This document shows positions 19,237-27,936 of a DNA stretch of 41,876 nt, piece after piece. A model generated the notes under the pieces. The model was not told the origin of the DNA. It made no database searches and saw nothing but the letters and a program-made list of their open reading frames with translations. The stretch is from Gracilimonas sp. GTDB taxonomy: Bacteria > Bacteroidota > Rhodothermia > Balneolales > Balneolaceae. Position 1 is the stretch's first letter, and each line of letters opens with the position of its first letter. The DNA is taken from positions 1 to 41,876 of the forward strand of contig JBDNFJ010000131.1 in assembly GCA_041689895.1 (NCBI GenBank), read 5' to 3'. The position numbers were made by a program, and so were the translations under genes.

Positions 19237-20019
19237 CTACATTTTCTTCCAAATCGTTTTTGCCGTAGCACATACTTTATTTATACCTTCAATTTTTATT
19301 GAATGCAGGAATGATTTATCACTTGGATCATTAGAACCACTATCATCATTTTTGGTCATAGAAATAATTGTTTGGCCATAATTCGCTTCTGCAATAAATC
19401 TACCATCTATAGAGTGTAAATAATAGTTATCAATGATGTTGTCAGGCACTGATTCAATGGCCCATTGCAAGTATCTGATATTATTTACGTGCTTAATCAT
19501 ATCGGTATCATATTTATGAACGTTGAATTTCAGCTCATAATCTGAATTCTCAATAGGCTTAATCGTTTTAGAAATATCATAATCCATGCTTTTTTCATTC
19601 CAGAAAGACCATTTATTAATTATATCATTAAGTATTTGAACAGGTCTTCTTCTTTTAATATCAAAGAAAACCCACAAGCCCCTGGCTCTTCCGATAATAT
19701 TATTTTGTTCATCATAAATTATATTTTCTCTAAAACCTTTAATGGTTGAATATTTTGATAACCAGGTTCTAATAGTGATTTTATCTTTATAATGGGGATA
19801 TCGCTCCATTTGCAGTACCCCAGAAACTAAAACCCACCCAATGTTTCGTTCAGCCAGCTGATACAAGCTATGGTTTATAGAATAACAATGTTCAGCAGCT
19901 GTCTCTTCTAATAAAGTCAAGATGGTGGTAGGCGAAGCAACGCCTAATTCATTCATTTCGAAATATCTAAGTTCGAATTGTTTATCGAAATATTCTTTAA
20001 TCATCTCTCTTTTTATCAT
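19237..20019 (-). CDS. Acyl-ACP thioesterase (FatA/FatB-like double hotdog)
   Basis: LRYFE...LEETAAEH, W.L, ITIRTW, DTDMIKHVNNIRYLQWAIE. Confidence 0.9.
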   Translation of the reverse strand: MIKREMIKEYFDKQFELRYFEMNELGVASPTTILTLLEETAAEHCYSINHSLYQLAERNIGWVLVSGVLQMERYPHYKDKITIRTWLSKYSTIKGFRENIIYDEQNNIIGRARGLWVFFDIKRRRPVQILNDIINKWSFWNEKSMDYDISKTIKPIENSDYELKFNVHKYDTDMIKHVNNIRYLQWAIESVPDNIIDNYYLHSIDGRFIAEANYGQTIISMTKNDDSGSNDPSDKSFLHSIKIEGINKVCATAKTIWKKM

Positions 20020-20877
20020 TTAACTGCTTAAAAATAACGGTATCGGACTGTTCTTTACCAGCTCATGCGTAACCGAACCGAATGTTAACCGTCGGATGGC
20101 AGACATAGAATGGGCTCCTATGATAACTAAGTCGGCTCCCGTATCTTCAACATGATTAATAATTTGTTTTCCGGCTCCACCTTTCTCATCAATTAGTAGC
20201 TCATTGACCCGTTCATAGCCATGAGCTTTCAGATAATCATAGGCAAGATGAAGCACTAACTTCCCTTTGTCGGCTACCTCTTCCTTTTCTTTGTTACAGG
20301 CATACACCACATCAATTTCAATATCACGGCCAAAAGGTTCCAGTTGTACGAACCACTGCAAAGCCCGAGCCGAGGCATTACTTCCATCATGCGCTACAAC
20401 TACATGATGTATGGGTCGGTAAGAGTCTGTTACCATGAGCGTTGGCCCAGCTCCCTTCTTCACAATATTAGCCAGAGTTTTTGTCTCAATTTTAGGCCTG
20501 TTATAAAAGAAATGAGACTCTCTTCCAATCACCAGTAAATCGTGATATTTAGAATCCTCAATAATACGTTCATGCGGCACTCCTTCATGCATAAATTTAG
20601 AATGCTCGACTCCTGCGGATTCCACCAGTTTTTTGAAATTTTTCAGCAGTTTACCGGCCTCCTCCCTCGATTCTTCGGTCAAATTGCTTTTTAGCTGTTG
20701 GGCATAATGGATGGTTCCAATTCCGCCACCTCCCACAACATTGTTAATAGCTGACAAATCCACAACGGCAAGTCCTGTCAGGCTTGAATTAAAAGTGCTT
20801 GCCAGTTTAATAGCATAACGGATAGCTACAGGAGTATCCATATCTCGGTCGAGGGCTACTAATATTCTTTTAAGCAT
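20020..20877 (-). CDS. Universal stress protein (tandem USP domains)
   Basis: KRILVALD, DLLVIG, VVVAHDGSNASARAL, DLVIIGAHS...FGSVT..LV. Confidence 0.92.
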   Translation of the reverse strand: MLKRILVALDRDMDTPVAIRYAIKLASTFNSSLTGLAVVDLSAINNVVGGGGIGTIHYAQQLKSNLTEESREEAGKLLKNFKKLVESAGVEHSKFMHEGVPHERIIEDSKYHDLLVIGRESHFFYNRPKIETKTLANIVKKGAGPTLMVTDSYRPIHHVVVAHDGSNASARALQWFVQLEPFGRDIEIDVVYACNKEKEEVADKGKLVLHLAYDYLKAHGYERVNELLIDEKGGAGKQIINHVEDTGADLVIIGAHSMSAIRRLTFGSVTHELVKNSPIPLFLSS

Positions 20878-21007
20878 TGTTCTATTCCTTTGATTTTAAG
20901 AGGTTTATTTTCAAAAATGATCTATCAATCTATGGTACAAATTAACTGGTAAAGAGGGGCTTTACAACCTGCCGATGAAGTACGATATGTTATAGCAGTC
21001 ATACTTT

Positions 21008-21586
21008 TTATTTTTCATCCTTCGAGCCGCTCACTATCCGTGATATAATTCCTTTTTGGTCTGTAAATTCTGCAATTAATACACCTATCAAATGGATGGC
21101 TATAAATGCTATCAGGTAGTAAATACCAAGCACGTGGATTTCTTCCATCGGCTTTTTCAATTCTTTGGGTCCTAATTCTATTATGAGTCCGGTTGTTAAA
21201 GAAACAATGACACAAGCATAAAAAATAAGGTAAGTCCATTTCTGAAATTTCATTTTTATGGATAGCTTTTTACCAAAAGGATTTTGAAACTTCATGTGTC
21301 CGAATGCAGGAAGCATGAAACGAATACTGAATAATCCAACCAATGCATAACCCATGTAAATATGCCAATTCCACATCGGCTGTCGTATCTTTTTCGCTAA
21401 CGCAATGGTTTGGTCTTGAGATAAAACCTGTTCGGTATTACTAAGATATTCTTGAATAATAGCTGCCATGTTATACTTGTTCATCCATGTTAATCTCAAA
21501 AAAATGGTAATTAACAAAAGAATGAAAGTAAAGGCTATGGTCCAATGAATAATTCGATATACGTTAGAATAATTTGTCTTTTCCAT
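21008..21586 (-). CDS. Cytochrome b/b6-domain membrane protein (Ni_hydr_CYTB-like)
   Basis: Four TM segments with heme His ligands (RIIHW, WHIYMG, EEIH, IAIHLIG). Likely start MEKTNY at 21586. Confidence 0.85.
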   Translation of the reverse strand: MEKTNYSNVYRIIHWTIAFTFILLLITIFLRLTWMNKYNMAAIIQEYLSNTEQVLSQDQTIALAKKIRQPMWNWHIYMGYALVGLFSIRFMLPAFGHMKFQNPFGKKLSIKMKFQKWTYLIFYACVIVSLTTGLIIELGPKELKKPMEEIHVLGIYYLIAFIAIHLIGVLIAEFTDQKGIISRIVSGSKDEK

Positions 21587-21804
21587 AATGTTCGTTTTAA
21601 GTATGAAGTGCAATGGTTGGCGTAAGATCCATGCTATTCATGTTATCCTCGCTTTGTACATAAGCTTTATTCCTATTTATACTAATTAAAGATGTAGATA
21701 ATATGAATTAATCGAATGTAACTGCAAAGTACGAACGGCGGTTTATCCTGAAGAATTACAGTGATAATATGATATGCTCATCTGAATGAATTGCATTTTA
21801 CCCC

Positions 21805-21862
21805 GCTCCGTGATGTTTGGTGGAGGCTCTGACTTACAAACGCATGTGAACTTGAAATACCC
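21805..21862 (+). repeat. Degenerate REP-like repeat, copy 1
   Basis: GCTCCGTGATG-N6-GGAGGCTC...TGTGAA...CCC aligns without gaps to 28187-28244. Confidence 0.55.
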
Positions 21863-22055
21863 AAATCAAGGATATTCGACATCAAACTAAGCGGAGTTAT
21901 TCTATAACCCATCACTTAGAAAACCCGACGTTTATATCCGCCCTACATATTTTGTGTAGCTTTATCGAGCAGAGCCTAATCTCTTGGATGCTGATAAATC
22001 ATGGAATAAAATGGTAAAGCCGGATAATAGTAGAAGCGATTCTCCTGTAAAGCCA

Positions 22056-24197
22056 TCATTTAATTAGTAGCATTTTGCGAGTTACAGTGCCGTCCGGCAT
22101 AGTTAATCGGTAGAAATACATTCCGCTGGAAAACTGAGCTGCATTCCAAGTAACGGAATAGGAGCCGCTTTGCTTAAAAGAATTTACCAGCGTGGCAACT
22201 TTTTGGCCAAGCGAGTTAAACACGCTAAGCACCACTTGCTTTGGGGCATAAAGCGTATAATTAATTTTTGTAGTGGGATTAAAAGGATTGGGATAATTTT
22301 GCTTTAAAGCCACGTCCTTGGTAATAATTTCTTCACTTTTTGAAGTGGAAGTAGGTTCTGATTCCATAAATAACATGATCCGCTTCATGACTTCATTGCG
22401 GGCCGATTCTGGATAAATAGTTTCAAAAGGAAATCCCAGATACACAAGCTTGCCGGGCTGATTACCATTGGGGAAAAAGCCTTCAAATTGAACTCCGGCT
22501 ACTTGTTGGGAAGCTATACCGGAATAAATCAATGCAATATCAGCATCGCTTGAAGGCGTTAAAACATCCAGGTAACCTACATCATAACTTCCTTTCGTTC
22601 CGTCATCGAAAGAGATGGACGAGAGGCCTTCGAACATGGAGCCTTGCACAGGTTCCGTGGCGTAGTAAGTGGCCGTTTTGTTATTGGGAGCATCTAAACG
22701 ATATTCTGCTTTTAGGTAATCTTGTATAAAAGCACGATCGGTAGAATCTCCACGATGATCCAAATCCCAAGCAATTTCAGCTCCTGAAACTACCAACGAG
22801 CCACCGTGCTGAAGGTAAGATTTTACTACTTCCTGTTCCTTTGTGCTGAATGTTTCATCTGCGGTGCTTTCTGTCCCCAAGATCCAGTGAACCACATCAT
22901 ATGTATTCAGTGAAATTAACTGTTTAGAAACGGCTTCATTGGTAGCAGAATCAAAAGTGTACCCATTGGCATGAAGTGCTTTTCCATGTTGGCGTATAAA
23001 ATCATGGGTGTTTCCGGCCGTTACACGATCAAAGCCGTTCACTACCAATAATTTATTTTTGGGTTGAGCCGGAGCTACGCCTAAAACTTCCGAGTATTTG
23101 CTTGTATCGTTGCTCGAAACAGATTGCAGTTTTATAAAAGTGATTTCATTTGGACTCAAATCTGTTAACGCTAACGGCTCTGGCATAATTGATTCAGATC
23201 CCGAAAATACTCGCCCATCTGAACTAACTGAAATCCGGTACGAGCTGGCGCTCGAATCTTCCTTAACAGGAATATAAGCTGTAGTAGAATCCTCAGAGGT
23301 AATTCCAAATACTTGGGGAGGTTTAAGCTCCTCAGCTTCACCTAAAGGGTGAAACGGTTTCCTAATTACACCTTCATCACTAAACAAAGAAGCTTTTGCT
23401 GCAACCTGAAGCACATCGGTAATGCGATAAATCCGGTTATTGATCAAAACACTATCTCGCACCAGTCGAATACCGTGACTGTAATCGGCATACGTTTCGG
23501 CATGGCCGGCGTAAACCGGCTGAATAGGAGTCCCATTTTTATAATGCCAGCCGTAAATAACCACTCTCTTCGATGAATTTCCATAGAACCTATTCAAGAT
23601 GATAACATCTTTTTTATCTCCCGCCACCAAAGCTCCCAGCGGTTTGGCATCCAGCGTTTTTGCCCGTTGCGCTTTCACCATAGTATTGTGTTCCCACATA
23701 ACAGGAATGGTGGTCATTTGTGGACTTGCAGGAATAGGGGAGGGGGATAGTTTGACCGAGGCGTGACTCCAAATTTGATCCACCATTTGCTTAGTTGGAA
23801 GCGTGAAGCCAATTGCATCCGATATTTTTTGAGCTAAAATAGGTGTCATGGGCATTAGGAAATAATCACTGTCGGAGCCAACGGCCAGATAATCCGGCAG
23901 TACGAAATAGGTTACTTCATAAGTAGAATCCTGAATGGTTTTTGAAAATGAAATGGGAATCAAATCACGTAAAAAGCTGGGCACATTTCCATTCAATATC
24001 TGTTGGTAAATCTGCTTTTCTCGGTCTTTTACGCCAAGATTTTCAACCTGACCTTTAAAAGCGCTGCCTGAAACAGCCTCATTAGCGCGAGGAGGGAGGG
24101 GAAGCTTTTGAGCATGCAGCAAATCAGAAGCCCCTATTACCAAAAGCAAAAGTAATAAGGTAGATTTGAATGATACAGGTAAGGAAAGTTTACTCAT
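22056..24197 (-). CDS. T9SS type-A cargo protein: uncharacterized N-terminal domain, FN3-like, GATase-like domain and CTD
   Basis: Signal peptide from MSKLSL (24197). C-terminal LKQNYPNPFNPTT...SSGMYFYRL...KMLLIK. Middle LLVVNGFDR/WILGTEST/VYLGFPFE block. Confidence 0.8.
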   Translation of the reverse strand: MSKLSLPVSFKSTLLLLLLVIGASDLLHAQKLPLPPRANEAVSGSAFKGQVENLGVKDREKQIYQQILNGNVPSFLRDLIPISFSKTIQDSTYEVTYFVLPDYLAVGSDSDYFLMPMTPILAQKISDAIGFTLPTKQMVDQIWSHASVKLSPSPIPASPQMTTIPVMWEHNTMVKAQRAKTLDAKPLGALVAGDKKDVIILNRFYGNSSKRVVIYGWHYKNGTPIQPVYAGHAETYADYSHGIRLVRDSVLINNRIYRITDVLQVAAKASLFSDEGVIRKPFHPLGEAEELKPPQVFGITSEDSTTAYIPVKEDSSASSYRISVSSDGRVFSGSESIMPEPLALTDLSPNEITFIKLQSVSSNDTSKYSEVLGVAPAQPKNKLLVVNGFDRVTAGNTHDFIRQHGKALHANGYTFDSATNEAVSKQLISLNTYDVVHWILGTESTADETFSTKEQEVVKSYLQHGGSLVVSGAEIAWDLDHRGDSTDRAFIQDYLKAEYRLDAPNNKTATYYATEPVQGSMFEGLSSISFDDGTKGSYDVGYLDVLTPSSDADIALIYSGIASQQVAGVQFEGFFPNGNQPGKLVYLGFPFETIYPESARNEVMKRIMLFMESEPTSTSKSEEIITKDVALKQNYPNPFNPTTKINYTLYAPKQVVLSVFNSLGQKVATLVNSFKQSGSYSVTWNAAQFSSGMYFYRLTMPDGTVTRKMLLIK

Positions 24198-24263
24198 TCT
24201 ATATGTTCTTTTTAACAAACTCAGCTAATATCTTTTCTTGTGAGATTGGTTGCTTGCAGGTAA

Positions 24264-24380
24264 TTAACTCCGTGGTAAAAGATACCAGAGGGGAGTGTAA
24301 ATCAAACTCTGCCTGAGTAATTTGACGAAAGATTCTTTTTTGTCTTCTGCTACACCATTTAAATATTCTTGAACTGTCAT
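24264..24380 (-). pseudogene. Truncated N-terminus of a DUF1801/YdhG-like gene
   Basis: Minus-strand MTVQEYLNGVAEDKKESFVKL, then apparently unrelated sequence to TAA at 24264. Resembles the 'TV.EY...E..K...KL' start of DUF1801 proteins. Not in the ORF track. Confidence 0.4.
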
Positions 24381-24435
24381 ATTAATATGCTTTCCATATT
24401 TGACTACTGTTTTTTCCATGCCAAATGGCCCCAAG

Positions 24436-24470
24436 CCAAGCCATAGCTTATATACGATATTGGTACGGTT
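24436..24470. repeat. attC-like site C (half site)
   Basis: CCAAGCCATAGCTTATATAC (24436-24455) is identical to 27052-27071 and lies just past the decarboxylase stop codon. Confidence 0.65.
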
Positions 24471-24476
24471 ATTAAT

Positions 24477-25973
24477 TCAGGCATTTGGTTCGCATAGTTT
24501 TAAATGAGTTTTTCTGCCTTCTTTTATTATTATTTCAACAATTTTTTCAATGTCTTTTTTTGAGGTTCTAAAATTAACAACACAAGCTCTTAAACAATAC
24601 TTTTCATAAACAATGGCATTAGATAGGAATACCTCGCCTCCCGTTTGTAATTTATTTAATATCGCTTCATTCAACGTATTGAGATAGGTCTCTCTATTTT
24701 CTAAACCACTTGCATAGTCAGTAGGAATATATCTAAATGTTGTTATACTCAAATTTTGGGTAACGGCCTCTAATTCTTCGTGATTTTCAGCGAGAAAAAA
24801 TAATAGTTTAGATAATTCAATATCTTCGCTTATTAATTTTACATAGCCATTTCTTCCTACTTGTTGTAATGTCAACCATACTTTTAGCGCCTTAAATCCA
24901 CGAGAATTTTGCAATCCAAATTCATAATAATTTTGAGCTATTTCACCTTCAGTACTGCTAAAATTATAATATTCGGGATGCGAACTAAACGTATCGATTA
25001 GATGCTGTGGGTTTTTAACGAGTGCACACCCTGCCTCAAGCGGACTGTAAAGCCATTTGTGGGGATCTAATGCAATGGAATCGGCCTCCGATACACCTTC
25101 AAACAGGCTCTTTAAGGAAGGGATAACCGCAGCAGGAATACCATAAGCACCATCAATATGAAACCACATATCGTATTTCTTACCAATAGTTGACAGGTTT
25201 TTTAGGTTATCAACGACGCCTGTACTCACGTCTCCAGCCGTTCCTATGATCATGAGAGGTTTGCACCCGTGTTTAATGTCGTTTTGAATGGTGTTTTCTA
25301 AAACCTTCTCATCCATTTGGTTTGCTGGAGTTGTTTGTATCCACCTAATAGATTTAGTTCCGAGTCCAAATAAAATAGCTGCCTTTTCTACCCAGGTATG
25401 TGTTGTTTTTGAACAGTAAACAGTCAATTTATCCGAAGTGTTTGAGATTCCGTCCTCTTTAATGGCTTTTGGTGCTTTTGCAGTTCTGGCAGCCAAAAAA
25501 GCAGTAAAATTAGCCATATTGCCACCACTGACCAAGATGCCTCCATAATTTGGTGATACCCCAATAAATTCTGCTAACCACCTAACCGTTTGCTTTTCAA
25601 TCTCGGTAGCTATTGGGCTTAAAATATGTGCACCAACGTTTGGATTAACGGAAGCCGCCAGCAAATCTGCCAATGCTCCTAATGGTGCAGCTGAAGAAGT
25701 TATATATCCCAAAAATTTTGGATGGCCATTTAATAAAGAATTGTTGAATAATAAATCGGACGTTTTAGACAGTAATTCAATTGGTGGTGTTCCATTTTCT
25801 GGTAGGGGACAATCTCCGATTATCTTTTGTAGCTCACTTGGAGTTTTAGTTGTTGTAACTGGTTTTTTGTCGATTGAATCAATAAAATCAGCAATTTTAT
25901 CTATTAATTGATATCCCAGTTCTTGAAACTCTCTTTTGTTGAGTTCTATCCCATTTTCTCGGTTTTCATCCAT
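24477..25973 (-). CDS. Group II PLP-dependent amino-acid decarboxylase (DDC/GAD family); putative cassette
   Basis: HPKFLGYI, SGGNMAN, TAGDVSTGVVD, HIDGAYG, DSIALDPHKWL (PLP Lys). AAGGAG RBS at 25991-25986. Confidence 0.92.
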   Translation of the reverse strand: MDENRENGIELNKREFQELGYQLIDKIADFIDSIDKKPVTTTKTPSELQKIIGDCPLPENGTPPIELLSKTSDLLFNNSLLNGHPKFLGYITSSAAPLGALADLLAASVNPNVGAHILSPIATEIEKQTVRWLAEFIGVSPNYGGILVSGGNMANFTAFLAARTAKAPKAIKEDGISNTSDKLTVYCSKTTHTWVEKAAILFGLGTKSIRWIQTTPANQMDEKVLENTIQNDIKHGCKPLMIIGTAGDVSTGVVDNLKNLSTIGKKYDMWFHIDGAYGIPAAVIPSLKSLFEGVSEADSIALDPHKWLYSPLEAGCALVKNPQHLIDTFSSHPEYYNFSSTEGEIAQNYYEFGLQNSRGFKALKVWLTLQQVGRNGYVKLISEDIELSKLLFFLAENHEELEAVTQNLSITTFRYIPTDYASGLENRETYLNTLNEAILNKLQTGGEVFLSNAIVYEKYCLRACVVNFRTSKKDIEKIVEIIIKEGRKTHLKLCEPNA

Positions 25974-25995
25974 GGTATAATGTTTCTCCTTAAGG

Positions 25996-26054
25996 TGTTA
26001 CAACGTTTTGGTTATGAGCAGTAGCGTCCCGCAGGGCGAGGTTTTGTTGTGCCA
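25996..26054. repeat. attC-like site B (short, degenerate)
   Basis: TGTTACAAC...GTTGTGCCA ends. TATGAGCAGTAGCGT (26013-26027) is identical to 26968-26982 and CCGCAGG is also shared. Sits between one gene's stop and the next gene's RBS. Confidence 0.65.
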
Positions 26055-26062
26055 CTTATTGC

Positions 26063-26800
26063 TCAATTGTCTTTCTCAATATTTTTGAAGAAATCTGTTA
26101 ATGATTTTAGCGTGAAACCTTGTTGTTCTGCCAAACTAATTTCAGGATTTTCATCGGTTAGTAATTTTCCTAAATAACCAAATTGAGAGTGATTTCCACC
26201 AACCACTTCTATTAAATCAGTATTTTTCGGTAATTTTGCTTTGTTTTCCATTACTTCTGGGATACTTGCAAGCCCGTCAAATTCAGCGTAAAGTTTTATA
26301 GTTGGTAAAGTTCTATTCGATAAATCAAAATCTCTCGGATGTGAAGTTCCTAAAAGGAAAAGTCCGTTCATCAAATTTGGGTTTTCATAAACGAATTGGG
26401 ATGCTATTTTTGCTCCTTGAGAATGTCCCCCAATTATGTAATTCCCATTCTTAAGGTCGAACATCTTGTTGATTTTTAAATAATCCCATTGCGGCATTCT
26501 CCAATTCATTTTGATTAAATGACAAGTAAATCCATTTTCAGCTATATCTCGGCAAAGTGGTGCATAGGCTTTTGGGTCTGTTAATCCGCCTTGAAAGAAA
26601 ATTATTTCGTTTTTTTGAATTGAGTTTTTTGAAATAAAAGTGATTTTATCGTCAGATTTTACAACCGCTATATTATTATTGTCATCAAACGTATTTTCTG
26701 GTAAATCTCTTGATTGATAGGTCGAAAATTGCTAAATAAAAAAAATTGTAACAAGGCTAAACCAAATTAATCTAAAGACATTTCTTTTTTTAATTTTCAT
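26063..26800 (-). pseudogene. Alpha/beta hydrolase (Abhydrolase_5-like) with early nonsense codon
   Basis: ATG 26800 MKIKKRNVFRLIWFSLVTIFFI, then TAG (26734-26732), then in-frame QFSTYQS...FFQGGLTDPKAYAPL...GGHSQGA...DGLA...GGNHSQFGY. Confidence 0.8.
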
Positions 26801-26950
26801 AAATTATAACAATAGTGTCATTTCTATTCCAAAGTATAGTAATGATATAATCAGTAATATTGATAGCGTTTCTATTTTTCTCTTATTGCGGGCCAAACTC
26901 CTATCAAAATATCTTTATTTCAATTGGGTAGTATGTGTTTTCTTATATGC

Positions 26951-27082
26951 TGTACAATGTTTATGTATATGAGCAGTAGCGTGACTGGGCACGAACCTCT
27001 CCAAATAAAAACTGGATGGAATATCCGCAGGATTTTCCAAGTAGGCACAGACCAAGCCATAGCTTATATACTGTGTTGCGCG
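26951..27082. repeat. attC-like site A (full length, about 130 bp imperfect palindrome)
   Basis: Ends TGTACAAT / GTTGCGCG. Stem GTATATGAGC (26965-74) / GCTTATATAC (27062-71). Inner hairpin GGAATATCC-GCA-GGATTTTCC (27018-38). The upstream gene's stop (27064) lies inside it. Confidence 0.7.
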
Positions 27083-27481
27083 CTGGTTTCTCCTCCGTTT
27101 AATTGCGTTTCTACTATTTTTTCCAGCTCTAATTTTTTAAAATCGAACCATTCTTGTCTAAAATCCGAATTGTCAATTGTATCCTTAAAATTCTGAAATG
27201 GTTTTTTCCTTTGTAAAATATTTTCCAATTCCATTTTAAATTTAGGGTCGGTAATTTGGTCAATAAATTGTTCCATTATTTTAAAAAATTCAAAACTTTC
27301 TAAAACCTCAATTTTTATTGAATCCGCTCTTAAAACACTCTCGAAATTCTTCTTCGTCCGAAACGTTTGAAAAATTCGGAATTGCTATTATTTTGTCGGT
27401 TTTGGGATAAAAATAGCAGTCATTTCCGCAATCTAATTCCTGCGCAATTTCTTTAATTATATTTTGTTTTGAATTATCCAA
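27064..27481 (-). pseudogene. UPF0158-family gene, frameshifted
   Basis: TTG at 27481 gives IIKEIAQELDCGNDCYF...EEEFRECF. The frame shifts near 27330 into ADSIKIEVLESFEFFKIMEQF...KPFQNFK...RQEWFDFK. Joins track ORFs 27308..27505 and 27064..27276. Confidence 0.75.
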
Positions 27482-27818
27482 AAAAACAACCTTGTTTATC
27501 TTCACTTATAATGTCGATTATAATATCTAAATGTGTCGATTCAGGAAATGGTTTATAAAGCTCCCATTTTCCGCTTGCACGCATCCAATATAAATTCCAT
27601 TCTTGTCTTGATTTATAAAATCTAATTTTCGCGAATTCGATATGTTGGATTTCTTTGGGATTGTTCCAAACAGGACGGATTTCATAAAGCACAACGACTT
27701 TACCGTCATAAGAATATCCATAATCAAGTTGTGCACGAATTCCTGGATTTTCCGGTCGTAATGATTCCACGTACTTTTTTATAGTCGATTCGTTTATATC
27801 AATCGTAGTGTTTTTCAT
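27474..27818 (-). CDS. DUF3024-domain protein; first putative cassette
   Basis: EIRPVW...AKIRFYKSRQEWNLYWMRASGKWELY.P...D..GCFFG. Confidence 0.85.
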   Translation of the reverse strand: MKNTTIDINESTIKKYVESLRPENPGIRAQLDYGYSYDGKVVVLYEIRPVWNNPKEIQHIEFAKIRFYKSRQEWNLYWMRASGKWELYKPFPESTHLDIIIDIISEDKQGCFFG

Positions 27819-27837
27819 TCAGTTTCAATTTTTTTTA

Positions 27838-27915
27838 GCTTGTGCACAACAACAAAGTAAAAGTGAACTCTATCACTTTATCTCTATTTCATGTTTAAGT
27901 TGTATTCACTTTATT
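27838..27915 (-). other. attI-like recombination site candidate
   Basis: Minus-strand GTTGTGCAC (27850-27842) with no attC-like palindrome upstream. Inverted AAAGTGA/TCACTTT (27860-66/27873-79) and direct repeat TCACTTTAT (27873-81, 27906-14). Lies between the first cassette and the integrase remnant. Confidence 0.45.
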
Positions 27916-27936
27916 CCATAAAACTACCTGAGTAAA

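Noticed and set aside
26732-26734. TAG readthrough or recoding in the hydrolase
   Set aside because: No pyrrolysine or recoding evidence, neighbouring genes are also decayed, and TAG serves as a normal stop elsewhere (e.g. 3175-3177).
24436-27082. Repeats as a CRISPR array
   Set aside because: Copies are about 1-1.5 kb apart with whole genes between them. There is no regular repeat-spacer period and no cas genes.
26924-27196. 90-aa plus-strand ORF
   Set aside because: It runs across the palindromic attC-like site and antisense to UPF0158, so it is probably a by-product of the repeat.
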